DNA of 64,000 nucleotides from Candidatus Roizmanbacteria bacterium RIFOXYC1_FULL_41_16 (GTDB taxonomy: Bacteria; Patescibacteriota; Microgenomatia; UBA1406). The notes below the pieces were generated by a model that worked only from the letters and a program-made list of their open reading frames with translations, did no database searches and was not told where the DNA came from. Location: contig MGBO01000014.1 of the NCBI GenBank assembly GCA_001788295.1, forward strand, positions 2,286 through 66,285, in the 5' to 3' direction. Of the stretch, positions 18,768-27,569 are shown one piece after another. Within the stretch, counting starts at the first letter, position 1. Each line of letters starts with the position of its first letter. The position numbers and the translations under genes are program-made.

Positions 18768-19549
18768 AAATACACCGCATTTATGCCATGGTCATCAGAT
18801 ACTGGTATTACCTGAAACACAGTCTTGACAGAATGTCGGATATGTTTTATTGGCCAACCGTAGACTTGTTGCTCTGGGGCTTAACCAGCCGTTTTGTGCA
18901 GAGCCAGTCAACTGATGTACCCAATATTATTTTAGTGATCATTTCCGGAATTTTGTTCTGGATCATTGTCTGGCGCGGCCAGTATGAAATTACAGTCAAT
19001 TTTCTGGAGGAGCTTTGGAATAAAAATCTGGTCAATTTGTTTGTTTCTCCCTTAAAAATTCGGGAATGGGTGGTCTCGGTTTTTATTATCGGCATTATTA
19101 AAATGGTTTTGAGTCTTGGCTTTGCTTCAACATTAGCTTTCTTTTTGTACAAAACTAATATTTTTAGTTATGGTTTATATCTGATTCCGTTTGCCGCATC
19201 ACTGATTCTGACTGGCTGGGCGGTGGGCTTATTAATCGCCGGAATCATTATGCGTTACGGTACTCGTTTGCAAACTTTAGCTTGGACGGCAATTATGATG
19301 ATCTCTCCTTTTTCGGCAGTTTATTATCCGATCTCAATTTTGCCGGAATGGGCCCAAACAGTTGCCAAACTGGTACCTTCCAGCTATATTTTTGAAAACG
19401 GCCGTTCGCTTATTTTCAAACAGACAGTCAATCACGAAGAATTATTAATGAGTTTTCTTTTGAATTTTATTTATCTCAGTTTGGCCCTAATCTTTTTTAA
19501 ACAATCTTTTGAAAAAGCCAAACAGCAGGGATTAATCTCCATCTACTGA
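18764..19549 (+). CDS. ABC-2 type transporter permease
   Basis: 261 aa with about 6 TM helices. Translationally coupled to the ATPase by an ATGA overlap. Confidence 0.8.
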   Translation: MKIHRIYAMVIRYWYYLKHSLDRMSDMFYWPTVDLLLWGLTSRFVQSQSTDVPNIILVIISGILFWIIVWRGQYEITVNFLEELWNKNLVNLFVSPLKIREWVVSVFIIGIIKMVLSLGFASTLAFFLYKTNIFSYGLYLIPFAASLILTGWAVGLLIAGIIMRYGTRLQTLAWTAIMMISPFSAVYYPISILPEWAQTVAKLVPSSYIFENGRSLIFKQTVNHEELLMSFLLNFIYLSLALIFFKQSFEKAKQQGLISIY

Positions 19550-20370
19550 TCGCAACCAAGCTGACGACACTCATTTTTAAATTTTTCTAGAGTCTCGCGC
19601 CCCATATCCAGTCGACGATAAACGTTTGGACTAGCAACCAATTCTTTTACCAAAACAATGTTTTCCAGCAATAAACGACGACGGTGTTCTGTCGTTAAAC
19701 TGTGTAGAACCGTAATCGGATAAAGATTTTTGGTTTCAATCATGGTTTGTAAACTGTCTTTTTTCTGCGGATAACTCCAACCGGTTAAACGCATTTTTTT
19801 GCATTCGGCATAAGCGATGGCGTCAGTAGAAAATTTGGTATTGGTAAAAATCCAGGTACCATAAACTTTGTCGTTTGGTAATTTCGCCATTAAGTCCTCA
19901 CCCCTGGCGTGGACATAAAGCACCACCTTAATATCGGAACGTACGCCTTGCTGATTATGATATTTGCACTCCACAAAATAGACTCGATTGTCTTTTTTGG
20001 CCAAAACATCAACTTCATGATTGACACAGCTGCCAGGCATCTCAATGCCCACTTCGGTTTGATATCCGTATTCCTTTAGCAAATGGCCAATAAAAACTTC
20101 AAACGGATATCCGGTCGGACCTAACTCCATAATGGCCTTTTTTAATCGGAATCGAATTTCACCAACCGGATAAGATTTAATTAAAAATTGCGATATTAAA
20201 TTGTAGATTTCACTCGTTGGAATGTTTTCATAAAGATGAGTTTTCAAATCGCTCAGCACTCGCTCGTGATATTCAAGAGGAACTTGAGCCCGGCTAATGG
20301 CTTCTTTGATTTTAGTTTCGCTATAGAGTTCACGCTCGCCGCTGGCTTTAATTACATAAAGATCTTTCAT
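19543..20370 (-). CDS. ATP-cone domain fused to a PD-(D/E)xK (Mrr-like) restriction-endonuclease-fold domain
   Basis: The N-terminus VIKASGERELYSETKIKEAISRA is ATP-cone-like. The C-terminus has FEVFIGHLLKEYGY...HEVDVLAKKDNRVYFVECKYH (D...ExK nuclease core). Confidence 0.7.
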   Translation of the reverse strand: MKDLYVIKASGERELYSETKIKEAISRAQVPLEYHERVLSDLKTHLYENIPTSEIYNLISQFLIKSYPVGEIRFRLKKAIMELGPTGYPFEVFIGHLLKEYGYQTEVGIEMPGSCVNHEVDVLAKKDNRVYFVECKYHNQQGVRSDIKVVLYVHARGEDLMAKLPNDKVYGTWIFTNTKFSTDAIAYAECKKMRLTGWSYPQKKDSLQTMIETKNLYPITVLHSLTTEHRRRLLLENIVLVKELVASPNVYRRLDMGRETLEKFKNECRQLGCDQ

Positions 20371-22241
20371 AAAGAAGGCGTGGTCGAAGAAGTTTTTTTG
20401 TTTTTTGCAAAAGTATAAATTAATAGACCTCCGGCAACCACAACCAAAAACAAAGTGATCAATAGAGCCGGAGAGAAAATAGAGCTGGTTTCCTCGCTTT
20501 GTTCGTCGATTGGCTCGCCCGAAGAGTTAAGATTCTGATTCTGACCGGTTCGTAGCGCCTTAAAAGAGCTGACGGCTACTGTGGCCAAAGGCACGGCCCG
20601 ATTGTCTGCTGAGATCAAATTTAATTGTTTGGATTGCAAATATTCTTGGTTCCCTGCTAAAAATTGAGAACTGGCCACTATTTCGTTGGTATTATTTTTC
20701 GGATTGCTAAAAACCAAATCATAAGGCAAGCTCGGTAAGTATTGGGAGCCGATCTTAAAATAACCGCCTTTATCGGCTGTGGCCAGATAGATCACTTTGT
20801 CGCTGTTCTCTTGTTTGATTCCCACACGGGCTTCGGGAATAATCTTGCCTTCTGGATCATAGGCATAACCTTCTATATAATTCAGAAGTGGTTCAAAAGT
20901 AATGCCGCCAATTGGCTCAAACACTTGACTGGCAGTAAGGTCTTTTTTGATGTAGCGCAAAACGATTTTGTCAGGCACGCCTTTCGCAGTTAGCGGGTAT
21001 AAGCCGGTCAATAACGTGGTTCGCCAAAAACCCAATTTATCGGCCTCAACCTCCTGCACGATTCTTTCTGTACTCTGAGCCATTAATTGAACCTTGGTAA
21101 AAGGATGGCTGACTTTGCCGCTGTAAGTAAGAGAGCCGTCGGCGGTATTACGATTAAGACCAAAGTCAATAATTTTAACCGGAGTCCGGATAGGAGTATT
21201 GTTACCGGGATCAAGTGGCACATCACAATGAACCAGCTTGTTAAATTCGATTATGGAAAACTGATTGTAATACAAGGAAACGGGAAGATTTTCACTGTCT
21301 TTGACTTCCGGATCACAGTAATAAGCCAGAGAGTAATTTGGATGAACCTTATCCATCGTGACCGGCCAAGTGTGCGTTTCCGGCAATTTGGCAAATTGAA
21401 GATAATAAATGCCGTTAGGAACCCAAAAATTAAACTCGCCATTTGCCTGAACAATTTGCGGATTGATAATTTTTTTATAAGAAAAAAGGTTTTTGAAATT
21501 ATCGAGCAAAGTGACTTCGACTCCGGTAATCGGTTCTAAACTCCTAATATCAAAAGTCCGGCCCTTGGGGTCCCAATCGATAAAGCGCTGCCCTTTGGGA
21601 CGATTTCGTCTGGGTCTTCTGATTGTGGCTGGTGTTGGTGTCGTAGTTGTTCGTTCAAAAGACTGCAAATGCAATGATTCCTCAGGAGAAACTGAAGGAT
21701 CAACTGTAATCGTAGTCGGGGAAACATCTTGATCGGTTACATAGTATGCATTAAAAATATGTGAGGTAACTTGCGGTGAAAAACTGCGGACAATCACCTC
21801 AAGATTGCCGCTCTCATCGGTTCTAACCGGATTGGTAAGCGCCTTAAACTGATAGCTGGGATCCGGAGTCATCATATCGCCTCCGGGAATATTATTTAGT
21901 TTCTCGTCCAGCTGTTCGTCTCCGGTAGTACAGTGAATTCCAGAACCGGTATTAATACAGCCAGCGATATAAACCTCGGTGTTGGGCTCAAATTCTTCGT
22001 TGGCAATTTTCAGTTCGTGATCAGGATTGGCCGGATCCGGGTGAGCCGTGTTTTCCGGATAAGGCTCACAAATAGGATTAAGCGGATCTTCACAGGGAAT
22101 ATACATTGTGTCAGCAAACAACTCAATCGCTTCACTTTTAACTTGAATAATTTCGGCTTCTTGAGCTTGACCTTGTCCGGTCTCTAAGAGAAAAAGGCCG
22201 AAAATAACTACAACAAAAACTACGCCTAATTTTTTAAGCAT
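20367..22241 (-). CDS. large secreted/cell-surface protein with C-terminal TM anchor
   Basis: 624 aa with an N-terminal signal-like helix, a Thr/Pro linker (TTTPTPATIRRPRRNRP), and a C-terminal hydrophobic helix plus basic tail (LLITLFLVVVAGGLLIYTFAKNKK). No LPXTG motif. Confidence 0.6.
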   Translation of the reverse strand: MLKKLGVVFVVVIFGLFLLETGQGQAQEAEIIQVKSEAIELFADTMYIPCEDPLNPICEPYPENTAHPDPANPDHELKIANEEFEPNTEVYIAGCINTGSGIHCTTGDEQLDEKLNNIPGGDMMTPDPSYQFKALTNPVRTDESGNLEVIVRSFSPQVTSHIFNAYYVTDQDVSPTTITVDPSVSPEESLHLQSFERTTTTPTPATIRRPRRNRPKGQRFIDWDPKGRTFDIRSLEPITGVEVTLLDNFKNLFSYKKIINPQIVQANGEFNFWVPNGIYYLQFAKLPETHTWPVTMDKVHPNYSLAYYCDPEVKDSENLPVSLYYNQFSIIEFNKLVHCDVPLDPGNNTPIRTPVKIIDFGLNRNTADGSLTYSGKVSHPFTKVQLMAQSTERIVQEVEADKLGFWRTTLLTGLYPLTAKGVPDKIVLRYIKKDLTASQVFEPIGGITFEPLLNYIEGYAYDPEGKIIPEARVGIKQENSDKVIYLATADKGGYFKIGSQYLPSLPYDLVFSNPKNNTNEIVASSQFLAGNQEYLQSKQLNLISADNRAVPLATVAVSSFKALRTGQNQNLNSSGEPIDEQSEETSSIFSPALLITLFLVVVAGGLLIYTFAKNKKTSSTTPSL

Positions 22242-22260
22242 CTATTTATTTTTACTCTAT

Positions 22261-23643
22261 TTACAACTTTTCCGCAAGCGGTTTTCCCTGTAAATATTTC
22301 GTAATCTTCTGCCAAAAAATATCAACTCCGTCTGGACTAACCTCATTTTTGTAATCAATGCTGTCATCTATTCGGGTGGTGTTTCTAATCATTTTTTTGA
22401 ATAGTCCTACATTAAAGCACCACCAGACAAACTGAGCCGAGCGCTCGCTATGGTGTGGCATTACCACCCCTCGCCAAAAACGACTTTTCTGCCAAAGATC
22501 GGTTTTTTCTTTCAATTCCTCCAGAGAGGCTTTTCTTTCGGCCAGCCGCCACAAATAACGCTGTTGGCTTAAATTAGGAATCAGGCCGTGTTTAACCATA
22601 AAATTTAAGTTGTCAATTTCCTGCCGCCCGACCGGCTCAGCCAATAACAACAAACTGCCACCGATTTTATTGGTAGGAATCAGGGACTTAAAAGCCTGTT
22701 CAGACGGCTTGGTGATTTCCAAAGCAAAATTATTTTTCCGATAAATTTCTTCATAAAGATGAACAACTTCACGGTCAGCTGTCGCCAAATGCATTTTCAC
22801 ATAAGGCCGGCTCATTAATTCATTAAGATAAGGTAAGGTATAAAGCGAGGTTTTGGCAATAACATGGAATAAACAACGAGGGCATTTCTGGTAAAGCAAA
22901 TCAACCAGCTTGACAAAAAAATCCATGCCAATCGCCGCTCCGGACACCGGAAAAACAAAATGAATTCGACTTTTTTCCTGATTGTCTAATTGCATCAATC
23001 TTTCCTGCCAACGCGACTCGGACAAATCACGGCTCAAAATAGGGCTCACCGGATAAGGATTGATTACGATTTGGGTTTTGCCTAAGCCGGTTTTGCCGGC
23101 ATATCGTACTAACTGACGCTTGGTATAAATTGAAGGCACAAAAATAAAATCAGCCCTGTCGACGTACCAGATAAACTGCGGGCTGTCATCGGTCACAATC
23201 ACTGCCAAAACTATTTTCACTTTTTGCTCTTTCATGACCTTGTCTTTAATCGCCGCAATCTGATGGGCCAAACCAAAATGAGTGGCGATCATCAGTAAAG
23301 TTTTGGGCCGCTCAATTCTTTGTTCCAATAAAGTGACTATCTGTCTGTACAGCAGTTTGGCACCATGACGCAAACCCAATCGGTAAAAATAGGTGAAGAA
23401 GTATTCCTGGGTTCCCTGACTTTGTCCCCATTCAAACAACGAACGCATCATTGGATGAAGACTAACCAGCCGGTGAATATTGGTAATACTTTTGTCTTGC
23501 GAACCTAATAAAATCGGCACCACTCCTGGCGGCAAACCATCATATAAAGCTTCGGTTACTCGCAAATGCCCCAAGCCGGCCGGAGAATAAGCAAACACCA
23601 GCATTAGAGATGAATCGTTCAAAACATGATTGAATTCTGTCAC
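22261..23643 (-). CDS. putative GT28-type (UgtP / MGDG-synthase-like) glycolipid glycosyltransferase
   Basis: The N-terminus SPAGLGHLRVTEALYDGL and ...VTDDSPQFIWYVDRADFIFVPS...INPYPVSP parallel B. subtilis UgtP (NYGNGHVQVAKTLYE ... TDF..H..WV...D.YYV...GIPI.P). Assigned by recollection only. GTG 23643 is preferred over TTG 23646. Confidence 0.45.
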   Translation of the reverse strand: MTEFNHVLNDSSLMLVFAYSPAGLGHLRVTEALYDGLPPGVVPILLGSQDKSITNIHRLVSLHPMMRSLFEWGQSQGTQEYFFTYFYRLGLRHGAKLLYRQIVTLLEQRIERPKTLLMIATHFGLAHQIAAIKDKVMKEQKVKIVLAVIVTDDSPQFIWYVDRADFIFVPSIYTKRQLVRYAGKTGLGKTQIVINPYPVSPILSRDLSESRWQERLMQLDNQEKSRIHFVFPVSGAAIGMDFFVKLVDLLYQKCPRCLFHVIAKTSLYTLPYLNELMSRPYVKMHLATADREVVHLYEEIYRKNNFALEITKPSEQAFKSLIPTNKIGGSLLLLAEPVGRQEIDNLNFMVKHGLIPNLSQQRYLWRLAERKASLEELKEKTDLWQKSRFWRGVVMPHHSERSAQFVWWCFNVGLFKKMIRNTTRIDDSIDYKNEVSPDGVDIFWQKITKYLQGKPLAEKL

Positions 23644-23649
23644 CAATTC

Positions 23650-23658
23650 AGTGTAACA
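23650..23658 (-). promoter_or_regulatory. putative extended -10 (TGT-TACACT) 7 nt upstream of GTG 23643
   Basis: The minus strand reads TGTTACACT-GAATTG-GTG. Confidence 0.35.
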
Positions 23659-23717
23659 AAATCAGAGCAAAATGTTGATATCTTATAGCAAAAAGGGTGG
23701 AACCCTTGTTTGTATTG

Positions 23718-23791
23718 TCGGGACGGCGAGACTCGAACTCGCGACCTTACGCACCCCATGCGTACGTTCTAGCCATCTGAACTACGTCCCG
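23718..23791 (-). tRNA. tRNA-Pro (GGG)
   Basis: 74-nt cloverleaf: CGGGACG/TA/GTTC-AGATGGCTA-GAAC/G/TACGC-ATGGGGT-GCGTA/AGGTC/GCGAG-TTCGAGT-CTCGC/CGTCCCG/A. Confidence 0.9.
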
Positions 23792-23866
23792 AATTAAGGT
23801 AATTTTACCAGAACCCTACCCCAACTGTTTGCTTTTTGTAAAAGTATGTTATACACTTGCCTGCAT

Positions 23867-24571
23867 ATGGCAAAAATTAAAAAAACCACTCAACCCAAAA
23901 AGACCGTTAGAAAAACTGTTAAAAAAATTACCGCTGTCAAAACCGTCGCTAAACCAAATATCAATCAATTACCCGAAAAACTGCAAAAACTCAATTTGTT
24001 GCCAATAGCAATTTTTTTGGTGGCTGTTTTTGTTTTGGTGGCTCTTTTTATTTTCTTAAGAAAAACGCTGGTTGTGGCAACAGTTAATGGCCAACCCCTG
24101 ACTCGTTTGGCTGTCGTGAAAACCTTGGAGAAACAAGGGGCCAAACAAGTAGTGGACAGCTTAATTTCACAAACTCTTTTAGTACAAAAAGCCAAGCAGG
24201 AAAAAATTACGGCTTCAAACGACGAAATTCAGGCCGAAATCACCAAGATCGAGGCTCAGCTTCAAAATCAAGGCAGCGATCTCCCAACGGTATTAGCAAC
24301 CAAGGGCATGACTCAACAAGATTTGGAAGAACAGATTAAATTAAGATTGTTGTGGGAAAAATTACTGGCCGGCAAGACTTCGGTCAGCGACAAAGAAGTT
24401 AATAAGTATATTACTCAAAACCGTGACTCTTATCCTGAAGACATGAAAGAGGCCGAGCTCAAGAAAACTGTCCGCGAGCAACTAGAGAATCAAAAGCTTT
24501 CAACCGCGGCTCAGGATTTATTGGCTAAGCTCAAAGAAGAAGCGAGTATTAAATACTACATCAACTACTGA
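23867..24571 (+). CDS. membrane-anchored SurA-N/PrsA-like chaperone-domain protein (no parvulin domain seen)
   Basis: Lys-rich N-terminus, a TM helix (LLPIAIFLVAVFVLVALFIFL), then ATVNGQPLTRLAV..., which is typical of SurA N-terminal-type domains. ATG 23867 is preferred over 23846. Confidence 0.5.
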   Translation: MAKIKKTTQPKKTVRKTVKKITAVKTVAKPNINQLPEKLQKLNLLPIAIFLVAVFVLVALFIFLRKTLVVATVNGQPLTRLAVVKTLEKQGAKQVVDSLISQTLLVQKAKQEKITASNDEIQAEITKIEAQLQNQGSDLPTVLATKGMTQQDLEEQIKLRLLWEKLLAGKTSVSDKEVNKYITQNRDSYPEDMKEAELKKTVREQLENQKLSTAAQDLLAKLKEEASIKYYINY

Positions 24572-24604
24572 TTTTTGGTATACTTACCTCTGCATTTAAT
24601 TAAG

Positions 24605-24673
24605 TGCGGAGTAGTGTACGGCGCACAAAAGGCTCATAACCTTTTAGACTGGGTCCGACTCCCAGCTCCGCAA
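24605..24673 (+). tRNA. atypical short tRNA with CAT anticodon (possible initiator or Ile2; uncertain)
   Basis: 69-nt hand fold: TGCGGAG/TA/GTGT-ACGGC-GCAC/A/AAAGG-CTCATAA-CCTTT/TAGA/CTGGG-TCCGACT-CCCAG/CTCCGCA/A. It has a U1:A72 pair and a very small D-loop. Confidence 0.6.
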
Positions 24674-24683
24674 CTAAAATCTT

Positions 24684-25616
24684 ATGGCTAAACAATTTCT
24701 TGTTTCCATTGTTATTCCGGTTCACAACGAAGAAGCCAATATTTCGCCCCTATTACTCCGGCTAAACCAAGTAATTGCCAAATACAATCACGAAATTATT
24801 TTCGTTGACGACGGCTCAAGCGACCAAACGCTCACGGTATTAAAAGAACAGGTCAAAAAAAATTCCAAACTCAAAATTCTGTCTTTCAATCGTAATTTTG
24901 GCCATCAGGCCGCATTGTCGTGCGGCTACGAACACGCCAAAGGCGACTGTGTGATTACAATCGACGCCGATTTGCAGGATCCGCCCGAAATTATTGACGA
25001 AATGATTAAAAAATGGCAACAGGGATACGAAATTGTTTATGCTAAACGCAAAACAAGGCAAGATACTTTATTTAAAAAACTGACTGCCTTTACTTTTTAT
25101 CGTTTTATTAACTTTCTTTCTGATACGCCAATCCCCACCGATGTTGGTGATTTTCGTCTACAAGATAAACGAGTAAATGATTACTTAAAAAAGCTGCCTG
25201 AACACAACAAATTTTTGCGAGGCTTAGTGGCTTGGGGCGGTTTTAAAGAAATTTATTTAACAATTGATCGAGATAAACGCTATAGTGGCAAAACTCATTA
25301 TACTTTGTCCAAAATGTTTAATTTTGCGCTCGACGGTATTATTTCTTTTTCGACCAAACCTTTGCGTATTGCCACCTATATGGGTTTTCTAACTTCTTTT
25401 ATCGGTCTTCTGGGTATTATTTACGCTTTGTTGCAGCGCTTTTTTCTGCCTCATGAATATTGGGTTACCGGCTGGACGGCACTTTTTGTGGCGGTTTTAT
25501 TTTTAGGTGGCACTCAATTAATTACCATTGGCATTATTGGCGAATATATCGGCAAGGTTTATCGGGAAACCCAAAATCGACCACAATATTTACTAAAAGA
25601 AAAGGTTAATTTATAA
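24684..25616 (+). CDS. polyprenyl-phosphate glycosyltransferase, GT2 (GtrB/ArnC-like) with two C-terminal TM helices
   Basis: SIVIPVHNEE, FVDDGSSD, NFGHQAA, DADLQDPPE and C-terminal TMs. Paralog of 53368..54291. Confidence 0.85.
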   Translation: MAKQFLVSIVIPVHNEEANISPLLLRLNQVIAKYNHEIIFVDDGSSDQTLTVLKEQVKKNSKLKILSFNRNFGHQAALSCGYEHAKGDCVITIDADLQDPPEIIDEMIKKWQQGYEIVYAKRKTRQDTLFKKLTAFTFYRFINFLSDTPIPTDVGDFRLQDKRVNDYLKKLPEHNKFLRGLVAWGGFKEIYLTIDRDKRYSGKTHYTLSKMFNFALDGIISFSTKPLRIATYMGFLTSFIGLLGIIYALLQRFFLPHEYWVTGWTALFVAVLFLGGTQLITIGIIGEYIGKVYRETQNRPQYLLKEKVNL

Positions 25617-25622
25617 AAGGTC

Positions 25623-26042
25623 ATGATTAAAAAAATCGTGCTTGTCGGCGGTTGTTTTGATCTGTTTCATTACGGACATCTCCAATTTTTAAAAGCAGCC
25701 AAAAAGCAAGGTAACTATCTGGTTGTCGCGGTTGATCCGGATGATTTTATTCTACTTCGAAAAAAACGCGAACCCATTCACACCCAAAAGCAGCGTGTTG
25801 AAATACTGAAAAACTTAAGGTTTGTGGATCAGGTGATTGCCTTACCGCTACTAAAGACCTATAACGATTACCTGGCTTTGGTAAAGAAAATTAAGCCGGC
25901 AGTCATTGCTGTCACCGCCGGAGACCCACAACTCAAAAACAAACAAAAACAGGCCCAAACAGTGGGCGCCAAAGTCAAAGTGGTGACTCCGCTGATCAAA
26001 AATTTTTCTTCCACTAGCATTATCGCCAAGCTGGACAATTGA
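25623..26042 (+). CDS. cytidylyltransferase-family nucleotidyltransferase (TagD / RfaE-II-like)
   Basis: 139 aa with GGCFDLFHYGHLQFL (HxGH motif) and a C-terminal FSSTSII (ISTT-like). Confidence 0.7.
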   Translation: MIKKIVLVGGCFDLFHYGHLQFLKAAKKQGNYLVVAVDPDDFILLRKKREPIHTQKQRVEILKNLRFVDQVIALPLLKTYNDYLALVKKIKPAVIAVTAGDPQLKNKQKQAQTVGAKVKVVTPLIKNFSSTSIIAKLDN

Positions 26043-26066
26043 ACGCTTGCACAATTTCTTTTTTTT

Positions 26067-26075
26067 TGCCAAAAT
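26067..26075 (+). promoter_or_regulatory. putative extended -10 (TGC-CAAAAT) 8 nt upstream of ATG 26083
   Basis: TGCCAAAAT-TAAGATA-ATG. Confidence 0.3.
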
Positions 26076-26082
26076 TAAGATA

Positions 26083-27564
26083 ATGAATATTGTTAGCTTG
26101 CTCCATAATAAAATTCAGATAGTCACTCTTAAAAAACGGCTTTTGGGCAAAAATCAGCAATACCAAGCCAGCGTCATTATTCCTGTGGAAGAAAGCCAAG
26201 AATTCAACCTTGACCAGTGGGCTCTTCATTTGAAAAAAGTGTTGAGCATGCTACCGGAAAAAACGGTTTCGGGTAAAGTCAAATTGATTCTGGGCCAGCG
26301 GTTTTGGCATTATCGCCGCCTTGAACTGCCGGCCGATGTTACCGACAATGCCCTTTCCGGATATATTAAAGAACAATTGGTTAATAATGTTGGCGACCAG
26401 GCCCAAAACGGTTATTACAAATATGTAATCAACGACTACAAAGGCAAAAAGTATGCCGGTGTTTATTTATTGACTCAAAAAACTTTTTCTGACTTAACTA
26501 CGCTTTTGTCTTTTTACGATCTGAAAATCGAGGAGGTTTATCCGGAAGCTCTTTTGATTTTTAGCCTTTTTGAAAAAACCTTGAACAAACAAAAAGAAGA
26601 GGCAGCCTTGTTTTTGGAATATGAGGACGAGCTTTCCACCGGACTACTGTTTAACAGTACCGGACTGCTTTCGGAAAAAACAATCGTGATTGAAAGCGCT
26701 AACCTTACTAAAAAACTCAAAGAATTAAAAAAAGCAGAGTCGCAAACAATTGCCCGCCTGATTCTGGGAGGCAAACTCTCCACTCAAATCCGGCAAGATA
26801 ACTTTACCAAAGAATGCGGCATCTGGACCAACCCACTAGCCAAAGTGTTACAAAACTCTTTTCTCAAACAATTAGCATCAAAGCTGAATTTGGAATCAAA
26901 GTTATTAGAGTACAATCGGGAAATTGCTTTGCTTGGCTTGATTGAAAACAAAGAACAATCTAGCCTTGCTCTTGATTTAAAAACGGCCAAAGCTATTCCC
27001 GAACCCAAGCGAGTCCCTGTTTCAGACCCGGCTCCAGTGATTCCAACAGCAGCGCCTATGCCTGTTTTAAGCACTCGTCAGTCACGGCATTTGCCTAATT
27101 TTCCAATTAAAAGTATTTTTAAAATCTTACTGTTAATTGTGATCAGCTCAGCTCTTACCTACGCTCTTTTTAATATTGGTAAATGGGGTTTAGGAACTAT
27201 TAGAACACTGAAAAATACTAAAGTAGCCCCCCCGACGCTAACAATCACACCAAAACCCAAAGCTACTCCCACTCCCAAAATCAATCGCAGCGAAATAACA
27301 ATTGAGATACTCAACGGCACCGGAGTGGCTGGCATGGCTTCTTCCCTGCAATCTGAACTGGAAGATTTGGAATATCAAATATCGCAAATCGGCAACGCTG
27401 ACAATTATGATTATGAACAAACAGTAATTATTGCCAAAAATCAGGCCATTTTTAAGCTGATTGCCTCTGACTTGAAAAAATTTTCCGTTACCAAGCCCAA
27501 ATTTGAACAAACCAACGGCAACACCACCACTGTTATTTTTGGAGCCGACCTGGTTTTACCTTAA
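26083..27564 (+). CDS. membrane protein with C-terminal LytR_C domain
   Basis: Cytoplasmic N-domain, a Pro-rich linker, a TM helix ([16 protein letters not shown]), and C-terminal [22 protein letters not shown]...YEQTVII (LytR_C-like). ORF-track TTG start 26047 is replaced by ATG 26083. Confidence 0.6.
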   Translation: MNIVSLLHNKIQIVTLKKRLLGKNQQYQASVIIPVEESQEFNLDQWALHLKKVLSMLPEKTVSGKVKLILGQRFWHYRRLELPADVTDNALSGYIKEQLVNNVGDQAQNGYYKYVINDYKGKKYAGVYLLTQKTFSDLTTLLSFYDLKIEEVYPEALLIFSLFEKTLNKQKEEAALFLEYEDELSTGLLFNSTGLLSEKTIVIESANLTKKLKELKKAESQTIARLILGGKLSTQIRQDNFTKECGIWTNPLAKVLQNSFLKQLASKLNLESKLLEYNREIALLGLIENKEQSSLALDLKTAKAIPEPKRVPVSDPAPVIPTAAPMPVLSTRQSRHLPNFPIKSIFKILLLIVISSALTYALFNIGKWGLGTIRTLKNTKVAPPTLTITPKPKATPTPKINRSEITIEILNGTGVAGMASSLQSELEDLEYQISQIGNADNYDYEQTVIIAKNQAIFKLIASDLKKFSVTKPKFEQTNGNTTTVIFGADLVLP

Positions 27565-27569
27565 CAGAT

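Noticed and set aside
17002-24673. Three tRNA genes flank a 7.6-kb block of accessory-looking genes (MazG-like, HIT, ABC-2, nuclease), suggesting a tRNA-targeted genomic island or prophage remnant.
   Set aside because: I recognised no integrase, transposase, phage structural genes or direct repeats of the tRNA 3' ends. Gene packing and promoter style match the rest of the window.
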